From assembly GCF_036321535.1 (NCBI RefSeq), contig NC_087437.1, positions 104,038,001 to 104,102,000 on the forward strand: a DNA stretch of 64,000 bases, written 5' to 3'. A program made the position numbers and the translations under genes. Numbering within the stretch: position 1 is the stretch's first letter; each line of letters starts with the position of its first letter. Below are positions 26,392 to 38,009 of this stretch, piece by piece. Below the pieces are notes generated by a model, which saw nothing but the letters and a program-made list of their open reading frames with translations, was not told the origin of the DNA and did not search any database. This DNA comes from Camelus dromedarius. Lineage: Eukaryota.

Positions 26392-26840
26392 ATTATTCAG
26401 CTTTAAAAAAAAAAAGATCCTGCCACTTGTGACAAAATGAATGAACTAAGAATGCTAAATGAAATAAGACAGCCACAGAAAGAAAAATGCTGCATGATCT
26501 CACTTACATGTGTGTTCTAAAAAAGTTAAATGCATAGAATCAGAGGGTAGAATGGTGGTTACCTAGGATGCAAGTTGGGGGAGATGCGGGTCAAAGGGGA
26601 CAAAGTTGCATGTATGTAGTATGGGTCAATTTAGAGACCCAGTGTACAGCAGGGTGACTGTAGTTAATGATACTGTATTGTACACTGGGAAATTTGCCAA
26701 GAAGTTAGATTTCAAGTTAGATTTAAAATTGCCAACACACCCATACAAAATAACAATGTGAGGATATGGATATGTTATTCAGATTGACCACAGTAATTAT
26801 GTATATATCAAATTTTCATGTGGTACACCTTAAATGTGTT
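26392..26840 (+). mobile_element. L1 3' end (L1MA8/9-like 3' UTR)
   Basis: gatcctgccacttgtgacaa...atgctaaatgaaataagacagccacagaaaga...gtagaatggtggttacc...gtgactgtagttaatgatactgtattgtacact...gtacaccttaaat. Confidence 0.9.
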
Positions 26841-28873
26841 CACTAAACTAATAATTTGTTCCCCAAAAAGAATTATTCAACCAGTTTACAAATATGAATG
26901 TTTTTGAATCCTTTATATTTTATAGTAAGAGTAAGATATATAACAAAAGTTTGGTTTGGATATATCAGTTTTATTTCCTATTAACTTACTCCAGATTCCT
27001 TCCCTTTCATTTGTTTTTCCTGGATGTCTTCTGGCATATTGATAAATTATATTGACCACCAAGGAAATAAAAAAAAAAAAAACACATCCCACAATCCGTA
27101 ATGCCTATAAACCCTTTATTCTCTCCTTGATTTTCATTCTTTATTGCCTTTACCAATGCATTACTTGCTCATTTGTAAATGAAAATAAGAAATTAAGTCA
27201 GAGTTTTATCTATTCTGCTTATCTGAGTGGTGGATATGTAATATGTACTCTAATGTTAATTGAAGGAAGGAATAAACAAAGTCAAAGGAAATACTCAAAG
27301 TAATATCAGAACTCTTATTGCTAAAGATGTCTAGATAAACAGATTTCTATGAATTATAAAATATTGGTGATGGAAGTACTTTAACAAACCCTGCATCTTA
27401 ACTAGTTAACTTTAGTTGTTTGAAAAGAAACATGTGGTTAGCAATAAATTTTTTTAAGAGAAAGAAAACTGACACCTTAAATTTTTTTATTATATCAGAA
27501 AAATGTTCACTGCAGTTCTAATAAATCTGTGCAACTTTTGATAATCGGACATATTCTAAAGATCTGGATAGGAGGGAGATATTTCACAAACTTATTTTCT
27601 AGCTCAGTATGAGGAATGACAAACAACTTCCTCCTCAAAGATAATGAAAGTATAAAGCCAAGATAAAGCTGAAAATATTGAAGATTAAGTAAAAACTGAG
27701 GTTATTCAACACAATGTATGCTTGAAGTATCACTCTATCACATATATAAAAATATATGCTTTAACATTGTTCATTGTCATAATATGAATTATTTCAGGAA
27801 TATGTGATATTAACTCCTGGTCTGATGAAATCTACATTTCCCCCCTCATTTTACAGAGATGAACCCAGAGACATGAAGGTCGACAAGTAGATTTACTTAG
27901 CTATGACTTGGGGAAAACGCACAATATTAAATATAAGCAGAGCCAAGGTATTACTGACAAGACTATGCCCTAAATGTGTCCTTAACTTTTTAAAAAACAA
28001 AATTAAAACGCTACTCTCTGGCTGAAGAGAAAGTTAAGGGTAATTTATTTTTTTTAACTTGCTGTCATTGGCTTTGTAAATTTTCTTTCTCCAGTGACTC
28101 CCATTCCTCTACCTTGTGTGACAGAGTGAAATTCATTCCGATTCTGTTGAAAAAAAGGTAGCAATCCCAAAGGAAAATCCCAACAAAAACCAAGCAAGGT
28201 TTAATTTAGCAACCCAATAACACTGAAGCTTGAACCAGCTAAACACTATTTTAAATATGATTTTAACTGAAGTAAAGATAAAGAACTTTAGAAAACAAAA
28301 ATAAAACCACATAAGGAAAAAAATTAACTAAGTAGATTTGGAAATTACATACAGATTACTTGTGAAAAAAATGAATGGATATTTTGAGGACAATATTGCA
28401 TAAAACTGAAAAGTTTATTCACAGGCCAGGAGTTATATATTTCCTGGACTCATCAAAAATTAAATACAGATCAACAAGTTTACTCTGATTCTGTTTCGAT
28501 TTGTAGTATGCAGCAGAACATCATTCTTGCTGATTAAATAGAAAAGAATATGATTTTTTTTAAAGTTTTTGCTTAAAAATGTAAGGAATTCAAGAAGCAG
28601 CTGGAGCTAGAGAGCTAAAATTACACAGAAGGAGAGTTACTAAAGAGAAAGCAAATGCTGAATCCTCTAGGAGGAACAGAATATTAACCCAAATTTATAT
28701 TTCTACATAAACAATACTCAGAGTAAATTGAATTCACGACAAGAAACAAGGATTTATGGCCAAAAACCAGGAAGAATGACTTTAAAACCATAAATGATCC
28801 AACATTTTGGAGTAGGTGCACACATATACACAACTTCAAGAAAATTACAAGAGATATGTTAAGTAAAATAAAG

Positions 28874-29091
28874 CAGTGGCTCTCGATAGAGGGTGATGTT
28901 TTCCCCCTTAAGAGTATTTGGCAATTTCTGGGGATATTTTTGATCATCCTAACTGCGGAGATGCCTTCTACGTCACCCAGTGACTGGAGGTTATAAATTC
29001 TATTAAATATCTGACAGTGCACAGGAGACATGTCCCACAACAAAGATTCACTCATCCCCCAAATTAATAGTCCTGAAGTTGAGAAACCCTG
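28874..29091 (+). mobile_element. MER20 (hAT-Charlie non-autonomous DNA transposon)
   Basis: Termini cagtggctctc...gttgagaaaccctg, internal atttggcaatttctggggatatttttg and taaatatctgacagtgcacagga; about 218 bp. Confidence 0.9.
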
Positions 29092-29289
29092 AAGGAAAGG
29101 AAATAGGAAAAAGAGAAAAGATTGAGATTTTCATGATAAAATAAGATGAGGCACATAGAAATTCTAAAATTGAAAAGAAAATAGTTGAAATTAATTTGAT
29201 AGCTGACTTGTGTTTCAGATTCAAAAGAAGAGAACGAAGAATTAGGAAACAGGAAAAGAAGCTAATAAAATACCCAAATGAGGCAGAGC

Positions 29290-29973
29290 GACATTTAAGT
29301 TTTGATGTAAATTTAGGATCATATTGTCAATTTTTATTTTAAAAAAATCTGTAGAAATTTTCAGGGTATTACTTTAATCTATACAGCAATTTTTGGATAA
29401 TTAAATTTTAATAAATCATCTAACCCGCAAGCATCATATTCCATTCATTTCATAAAGTCTTCTTTAATTTCTCAGCAATATTTTCTATTTTTCATTAAAG
29501 AGGTCTGACATCTATTATTAAGTCTCTTCCTAAACTTGTGCTTTATATAGTTATAAAAGGATATTGTTACATTTTCCAATAGTTGCTGCTAGTATATAAA
29601 AATGTAATTGATCTTATATTGATCCTTTGTTTTGCAGACATTGTAGGTTTACTTATTGAATACCTTAAGAGTTTTGGTCATAAATCAGGTCATAAATCAT
29701 GTTATCTGTAAGGAGAGTTTTATTTCTTCCACTCCAATCTTTATGGCTTTTTTATTATAAAATTCTTGCGTTTGCTGGCAAGTACTTCTTTGGAAATGAC
29801 TGTCTTTACAAAGGAATAACAATCTTATACAGGTAAAATATATCCATGAAGCCACACAGGACTGGAAGTATCTGAATAGGAAGGTTTTTAATGAAGGACT
29901 GTACAATCTTAAACCTATTAAAGAGATACTATCAGTTTGGCCTTGCTGTGTTTGAAGAAATTTTTCTTTCCTC
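29290..29973 (-). mobile_element. Ancient L1 ORF2 remnant, interrupted by a younger L1
   Basis: T-rich minus-strand ORF2 motifs ttgctgctagtatataaaaatgtaattgat and ataaatcatgttatctgtaaggagagttttatttcttcc. Confidence 0.75.
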
Positions 29974-29980
29974 AAAACTG

Positions 29981-31320
29981 ACAAAGGAGACAAGAACATA
30001 CAATGGAATAAAGACAGTCTCTTCAGCAAATGATGTTGGGAAAACTGGACAGCAGCATGTAAATCAATTAAGCTAGAACACTCCCTTATACCATACACAA
30101 AAATAAACTCAAAATGGAGCAAAGACTTAAACATAAGACAAGATAAAATAAACCTCCTAAAAGAAAGTATAGGCAAAACATTATCTGACATACATCTCAA
30201 AAATGTTCTCCTAGAGCAGTCTACTCAAGCAATAGAAATAAAAGCAAGAATAAACAAATGAGACCTAATGAAACTTACAAGCTTCTGCACAGCAAAGGAA
30301 ACCACAAGTAAAACAAAACAACCTACATAATGGGAGAAAATTTTTGCAAATGAAACCGACAAAGGCTTGATCTCCAGAATACATAAGCAGCTCTTATGAC
30401 TTAATAAGAAAAAAACAAACAACCCAATCCAAAAATGGCAGAAGACCTAAACAAGCAATTCTCTAAGGAAGAAATACAAATGACCAATAGGCACATGGAA
30501 AATTGCTCACTAATTATTAGAGAAATGCAAATCAAAACTACAATGAGGTATCACCTCACACCAGTCAGAATGGCCATCATTCAAAAGCCCACAAATACAA
30601 ATGCTGGAAAGGCTGTGGAGAAAAGGGAACCCTCCTTCACTGCTGATGGGAATGCAATTTGGTGCAGCCACTGTGGAAAACAGTATGGAGATTCCTTAAA
30701 AGACTAGGAATAGACTTACTGTATGACCCAGGAATCCTGCTCCTGGGCATATATCCAGAAGGAACCCTACTTCAGGATGACACCTGCACCCCAATGTTCA
30801 TAGCAGCATTATTTACAATAGCCAAGACATGGAAACAGCCTAAATGTCCATCAACAGATGACTGGATAAAGAGGTGGTATATTTATACAATGGAATACTA
30901 TTCAGCCACAAAAACCAACAACATAACGCCATTTGCAGCAATATGGATGCTCCTGGAGAATGTCATTCTAAGTGAAGTAAGCCAGAAAGAGAAAGAAAAA
31001 TACCATATGAGATTGCTCAGATGTGGAATTTAAAAAAAAAAAAACATATATACAAAACAGAAACAGACTCATAGATGTAGAATACAAACTTGTGGTTGTC
31101 AAGGGGGTGGGGGGTGTGAAGGGACAGACTGGGAACAGATAAACAAGATTATACTATGTAGCACAGGGAAATATATACAAGATCTTGTGGTAGCTCACAG
31201 CCAAAAAAAATGTGGCAATGAATATGTATGTTCATGTATAACTGAAAAATTGTGCTCTACACTGGAATTTGACACAACATTGTAAAATGACTATAACTCA
31301 AAAAAAGTAAAAAAATAAAT
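29981..31320 (+). mobile_element. Younger 5'-truncated L1 (camelid-type 3' UTR) with A-rich tail and a 7-bp TSD
   Basis: ORFs 30435-30707 and 30659-31033 give the ORF2 C-terminus ([14 protein letters not shown]...[29 protein letters not shown]...). aaaactg flanks both sides (29974-29980 and 31321-31327). Frameshifted. Confidence 0.95.
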
Positions 31321-31539
31321 AAAACTGTTTATCAGACTAAAACTTACATAATCTTTTAAATGAATCTTTTAATGTTTATACAATCTCTTGATTTTTTTTT
31401 CACTTATGAAATTGATAGCTTACATTTCATGTTTTTGGAATAAAATTATACGCACCTAGAAAAAAACAAGTATTTTTGCCTCACAAGATTCCAAATATAA
31501 GGAACACATTTTGAGCACTTGAAAATATTAAATTGCCTT

Positions 31540-32200
31540 GAAATCTGTCCCCTAAATACAGCCTCTTGGTCATCCTGTGGTTGGTTTCTACTGAATGTTT
31601 TTATTCTTGTCAACAGGTCACATTTTCATATATTTTGTATGTGCAGAAATTTTTGACTGTGTTCTATATGTTGTATCTAATACAATGAAGATTGCCTGGT
31701 TCTGCTATCTTCCTTTAAATAATGTTGTCTTTTATTCTAGCAGGCAGTTAACTTTGAGTTAACTCAAATGCCAGACTGATTCCTGAAGGTGCCAACAACA
31801 GAAACCTCTGTCCTTCATCTTTTCAGCTTTTATCATTAGCTGGGACCTGGGCTTCTCCTTCAAAGACCATATTGTGGGGTCCAATCAGCCATTTGGGAAG
31901 TGTTTATGAACAGATTTGAGTTTTTGCTGTATGGCTCCCCCTTCGTGGGAATCTCATTTTTAATTATCTCATTCCTTCTTTTGCTTCAAAATGTACCATT
32001 GGACTCATCAAGCAAGACTGACTTTGATCCTACACATCTCATTCTGTGTATCCAGTGACTAAAAGCCATATATGTGTGAATTTTACCCCTTGTTGTTCCC
32101 TTCTCTCAATGTTAACTTCTAGTTTGACATATTACTGTCCTCAAAATATCATTTAATATTTATCCAAGTTTTATTCACGTTTATTGTAGAAAATTAGTCA
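31540..32200 (-). mobile_element. Ancient L1 5'-region remnant
   Basis: ggtcacattttc...ttttgtatgtgcagaaatttttgactgtg...ttctagcaggcagttaact resembles old L1M 5' ends. Confidence 0.5.
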
Positions 32201-32464
32201 AATAAAAGTTGCTCTCTCATTGTAAAATGCAAAACATCATAAAGTTTGACTTTTATACTTTTGCTTTATAAACATCTGACAGACATAAGCATTAACATTT
32301 CATATCACCTAGGATATGTGTATCTGTGTGAGCAGCACTGCAGTAAAGAAGATACACAGGGAAATTAACAACACAAGATTACTTTTCTCTTAAAAGCAAT
32401 GGCCAGACGACTCACTCTTGAGAAAAAATGGGGAACAGAAGCATTCTTGTGTTATTACAGAATA

Positions 32465-32660
32465 TTTTCTGAAGTCACAAAATCTGAGTTCAAATATGAT
32501 TTCTTCATTTTCTGGTATATCACCTGAAGCAAGTCAGTGAACTTCTGACTCCAATTTTCATCTCTAAAAATGAGGATAATAAATTTCTGTCATATTTGAC
32601 TCATAAGCTATTATGAAGGTCAAGTGACATAAGTAAAATAAAAGAACTATGTGCATGTAA
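32465..32660 (+). mobile_element. MIR SINE
   Basis: ctgagttcaaat...gcaagtcagtgaacttctgactccaattttcatctctaaaaatgaggataata (MIR core). Confidence 0.8.
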
Positions 32661-33429
32661 CAATATATTACAATAAATCTATTGCAATTTTAGTTTTGGC
32701 GGAGCTCCCAGATCAACGTGTGTCAACTCCTCCAAGTTTCCAAAATCACCATGACACCACCATGACTGACCTGCAGGAAGGTGAATGAAAGCGAATTTTC
32801 TATTACCCTCCACCATACAGAATGTAGGAAAGGGTCCTCATGGAGAGCAGATGCAAAAATTCTACTGCAGTGGACTACGAACCTCCTGTACTCTCGATTA
32901 AGGGTCGCTACTGATGGAGGGTTTTATTCTCATCTTTAAAAACTGAATCAGGCTTTAAGGAGACTATGTGGAGAGTTTTATTTGAATTTCCTAAAGACTG
33001 CAGCCCTCCAAAAAAAAAAAAAAAAGTTCCAGCTCATTCTTATGGCTAAATCCAAACATTGTGGATGAAAAAATTCTGCCTGTGGCAGAATATCAACTGA
33101 TAGTTTTGTTCAAAATGCAACTAAGCTCCCTCACCTCTCTCCCAAGAAAATGATCCAAAGGTCTTTTTTCTAAGTACTATTCCTAGGTTTTACGAGAATT
33201 TTGTGAGCTGGAGACTCCACATGGACTTAGCCTCAGCTACTTTGGCCTCCCTAACTTCAGCAATAGTTCAGAGAGGGTTCCTCCTCAGACTTCCTGGCTC
33301 CCTCAGCAGGATTCAAGAGTGAGTCACAGGTCTGAGTGTTCCCAGCGAAATGCCTGCGTTGACCCCCACCTCCACCACTGCAGAAGATAGGGACAGCTGT
33401 GTTCCTTTAAAGAATACTGTCTGGAACCT

Positions 33430-34180
33430 AAATATTCTGCCCATCCCTTGAAAATACTGGAATCACCCTCCGCATGCCTGCCTCTTCACTAATTGTATAC
33501 ATCGTAATAAATGGCAGCTTCATTCTTCCAGTTGTATAAAACTTGCCCAAAACTTGATGTCATCCTTGACTCATTTGTTGTACTCATACCTCATATTTGA
33601 TTATCCAAAATCTCCTGGCAGGTCTACAGCTAGAACACATCCAATTACTTCTCCCCACTTATCCATATTATCTTGATCCAACACATCGTCATTATGTAGA
33701 GTTTTGCCATAGCCACTTAACTGGTCTCACTGTTCTGTCCCTGACCCTCTGCTGCCTTTCATCAAAGCAGAAACAGGAAGGATACTTTAAAAAGGTAATT
33801 TATATGAGATCACTTCAGTGATCTTTCATTTGCTCAGAGTAAAAATAGCTGGCAGCATTCTCTAACAGTGGTATTCAACATTTGGCTGTACAGTAAACAA
33901 ACTGGAGTTTTAAGCATTTTCAAATGCAAAGTTCTATCTCCAAAATAAAAAAAAAAATCAGACTTTCTGGGAGATGTAACCAGTCACTATTTTTTTCTAT
34001 GCATCCCCTGTGCAGTCTCACCCCAGTTACCTCTCTACTTCATCTCACTCAAGCTGACTCTGCTCACAACACACTGGCTTCCCTGACATGTCTCCAACTC
34101 CCAGGCACACTTCATTCAGACTGTGATAAAGAGGAACAAAGTACAAATTTTTTTTTTTTAACTGCAGTATCTCTAGACTC
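33430..34180 (+). mobile_element. LINE-2 3' region, interrupted by a MER5-like fragment at about 33867-33990
   Basis: aaatggcagcttcattcttccagttg...gtcatccttgactc...cacactggcttccc are L2 motifs; cagtggtattcaacatttggctgtaca is a MER5-type terminus. Confidence 0.65.
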
Positions 34181-34619
34181 TAGAATATTTTTTCCCCATC
34201 TTACCTCCATATTGCTTAATTCTCCAACATCAAGGAAGTCAAAAGTTGGAGCCAGAGAAGTGGTGTTGGTGTGGGGAGATCCTGACGAATTAAAGATGAG
34301 TGATCACACCCACCTACAGCAGTTTGCTTGAAGTGGGGGAAAGAGGGAAAATTCAAAACCTGACGTTCAGAATTCTAAGACGACCCCAAAGTGGACCTAA
34401 TAATTTACAGAACTGTTTCTTGAAATTAAGTGGCTGAAGAAAATGTTATCTTTAGTGATGCTAAATCTCACAGGGCCCACTATGGATTTTATCCAATGGG
34501 TCAGAATTAGGTTGTAGGAGCAGATACAACATAGTTGTTTTCTGATCCAAACTTCAAGTCTCACTTTAAAAGTAGAATATTTAAAAGTAGTTAACAGTAT
34601 TGGTAAAATTAGATTTGAA

Positions 34620-34722
34620 CTTTGATATCATACGGTCTTTTTCTTTCTCTTTCTGATTTACTTCACTTAGAATGACAATTTCTAGGCCCATCCACATTGC
34701 TGCAAATGGCATTTTATTCTTT
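34620..34722 (-). mobile_element. Short L1 ORF2-end fragment
   Basis: tttctgatttacttcacttagaatgacaatttctaggcccatccacattgctgcaaatggcatt. Confidence 0.85.
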
Positions 34723-36487
34723 ATCATCACTGACTTGACCACTGTGTGTGTAATGTGTGTGTAGTATGGGCAATGAGTTTCACCTTTCTCAATTAACTAC
34801 TAAACATGAATTAAGATTGACAGTAACATCCCTCCTGAAGACCTTTCATAAGTCTGAGTTACCTGTGAACGGTCAGCAGCATGTCTATGATTTTTAAGGC
34901 AACAACTCGTTGTGCTGCAGAACCTCACCTCACAGATCTAGGTAGACACCTTACTCAACTGCCAGCATGCCGGATATGTTACCCCACGTTGGGGGACCTG
35001 GGGACGAGCTACTAGTACAGGAGATAAGAGCTAGAAAGCTGTGGGCCTTGTAACTGATCTGAATCTTGTTTCACAGTGAAATCACCATTTCCATATTTAT
35101 TTATAAGAGGGGATTAGAATGTATCAAATTTTTTTTCCAAGTCTCATAGAAAAATGAGTTAAAAATAAGCTTCTTCTTGACATTGGTCATTAATATTAAA
35201 ATATGTGATATGTCCATCAATGGACAGGCTTCAGGTTACAAGGCTGTGATCTCAGCCAATTACACAGACAGGTAATGAGCCGAGGGTTTGAGATTTCTAG
35301 CTGTCTGGGCAGGTTCACACATTTGCATTCCTTCCAGCTTCCTACAGCAGGTGCATACCTCTTTGGTAGTGTTGTTTGGCAGCAACTGTGAATTTATAAA
35401 TTTAACAGATGTCTCTAGTCAAAAGCATCAGCATTGTATAGCCAAAAGACGAGTCTGGGCAAGCTGATCAGGACATGGGCAATATCCAATTTTGTTTTGT
35501 CAAACGAGTATAAATTTTAGTTTTTCTTGTCCGAGTTTTGCTTTTTACACTCAGGTAAACAATTCAAGTGAAATGAATGGATGATTTTCCTATAAAATGC
35601 ATTCAACTGAGAAATCAATTTCAAAAAAATTTAACTTCACATATATGCCCACTTCACATTTATTTATATTTTTACTGGCAGAAAATATTATTTATCTGAG
35701 AGTCATTTTATTTCCTTGCCTGAGTACAGACTCTTAATAGAATCTGAATCACAATAAAAATGGCTTATTATATCTTTATTCTTACTACATTCAGAAAGCT
35801 CAGGAAGCTAGATTACTGCTGGGAAGTAGATAATTGGAGTGATTAGCTAGTTAAATGGTATTTTAAAAGTTACTTTTGTCTAAATTAGGTTAGCATTTAC
35901 GTTGATTTGGTGATTTAAACGTGTGCTGCCCCACTGAGGCAGCTGATACATGAGCCGAGCTCGGCGTGGCCACTGCTGAAGCATTCTCAGTAGCACTGTT
36001 TGCACATCACTCATACCTGTGCACCCTAACATCTGTCCTTGATTTGTATAATTTTAGATGGTCCATCTGCTGCCTTGGTCTTGATTCCCAGTTGGAACAC
36101 ACTGGCATTTCTCTGTGATGAATACTCCATACTCCCCAATTTGTCATCTTGCTTTATACTTGTTCTATACTTTATTACCTTGTCACTCTGTCCCTGCCTG
36201 AAAACCTTCATACACATATGCCTACCTCACACATACCTATACTTCTATGTATCATACACAAAAATGACATATGCACAAGTACTTAGATATTTACATAGAA
36301 GCAAGCGGTATAATACAGACCAGTTTTAACAGAGCATTTGTTTTACTAGAGTTTCATTTAACTCATTTTTGTCCCTCTCCTTCCTGAAGCTTAACTCTCA
36401 GACATACCCGCCCCACAGAAACTAACACATATACAGTTAAGGAAAAAAAAGCAAAATGCCTTGTTAGCATTCTGTTAGAATAATTCT

Positions 36488-36534
36488 TTGCTAATATCAC
36501 ATCCTATAATATTGCTAATATCACATAATATAAT
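36488..36534. repeat. Tandem duplication, 24-bp period, 2 copies
   Basis: ttgctaatatcacatcctataata / ttgctaatatcacataatataat. Confidence 0.85.
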
Positions 36535-37404
36535 GTATAATAAAAATATTAAGACCACAAACTTATGGCAACATCTGCATATGAATGTTACCATGTAGTA
36601 TAACTGTACATTAGCATTATCTATTTTCTTTGGTGACATTCATTTTTTTCTCTATTGTGCTATTCTTACCATCAAAAAATACTAACCAAGCACTTGCAAC
36701 GTGGTGAATATCATTCTAGGTATCGTGGACATAGTGTAACAGCAGAGGCCCAAGTATCTTAGCTTAAATTAATGAAAAGCTCTCTAAATAGTAGAAAATC
36801 ATTCTTTTCTTGTAAATTTCTTTCTAAACTGTTTCTTTTATATTGAGAGGAAAACCTTTTTTCTTTAGGTAGATTTGCTTCCAAAATATAAGATCTATTT
36901 CCAGTTTTACTTCTCTGAAAGCACAATTTTCAGCTGTTTATACATCTGGTTGGACACTAAATGAGCAGGTAGAGCCCACTAAATCCTGAAGTGTATAGTT
37001 ACTGCTGCCAGTATTATACTATCATTAGCATATTAATTGCAGGATGGTGGCAAAGGAAATTCAAATGATTTGGTTTGGCCTAAGTCCCAAAAGATCAGAC
37101 GGTTTGTATTATTTCCTAAAATTTGTGCTTCTGTTTTATTTTATTGTCACTTTATTTTTGTCTCAGTTCCTTAACCAAACCACTAAGAAACTTCAAGAGA
37201 TGTTTTTTGTCACTCAAAGGAGATATAAAAATCATTTTTGGTATTTTAAGTTAAACTTTAGACCCAAATCCTTTCATGTATTTCATACTTTATTGCACAT
37301 TCTGTTTTATTATGCCAAGTCCTTTCTCTGGATAACACTGCTATCAAATGTGTATATTAAGTAAAACCAAAAATTTTAAATTAGATTGTCAAGAAAATTT
37401 AATC

Positions 37405-37464
37405 TTGGAACTCTTTTTGAATATTCAGACAATTTTGGAGCTCTTTTTGAAAATTCAAACATCT
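37405..37464. repeat. Tandem duplication, 30-bp period, 2 diverged copies
   Basis: ttggaactctttttgaatattcagacaatt / ttggagctctttttgaaaattcaaacatct. Confidence 0.85.
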
Positions 37465-38009
37465 TCAGAGTTTGTTTTGTTTTAATGATTACAGGTTTCC
37501 ACACCACTACTTTGAGCAGCAACTTAAATATGGGTCCCTAAGCCCACCTTCCTTTTTGAGTGCCTTTCAGACACTCTGCGATTTCTAAAATGAAATAAAA
37601 ATTTAACCATCAGTCTAAAACAAAAAGCGTATAGCCAAATGTAGGCAAAAACCAAAGAAAATAGCTGGAAGAATAAGTGGGGTTTTGCAAGGGAAAGAGG
37701 AGTTAAATGTTCCTTGAATTTAGAGGTAAACTTAAAGTGAGCTACCAGAGATGAAAAGAAGTCAGTGTCATCTAATGAATACCAACTAGGTCACAGCCTT
37801 ACTAGTTTGTTATATGTAAGTGTGTCTGATTGGTTTTAATATCAAAAACCATGGGCTTAATGTATAAAGTATCCACAGGAAGGAAGTTAGGATCTTGGAC
37901 AGCTAGAAACTGAAGTGGCTTTAAAGCTCAAAAATCCTGACAAGGTATAACATTCTAAGAAACAGTAATTTTATGTAGACTTTATAGGTTTTATTTAATA
38001 ATTGGTAAT

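Noticed and set aside
29697..30200. Longest ORF (167 aa, minus strand)
   Set aside because: It is chimeric across the junction of two L1s, and largely the antisense frame of the younger one.
30435..31033. Functional protein-coding gene from the ORF track
   Set aside because: These are frameshifted fragments of L1 ORF2 in a 5'-truncated copy.
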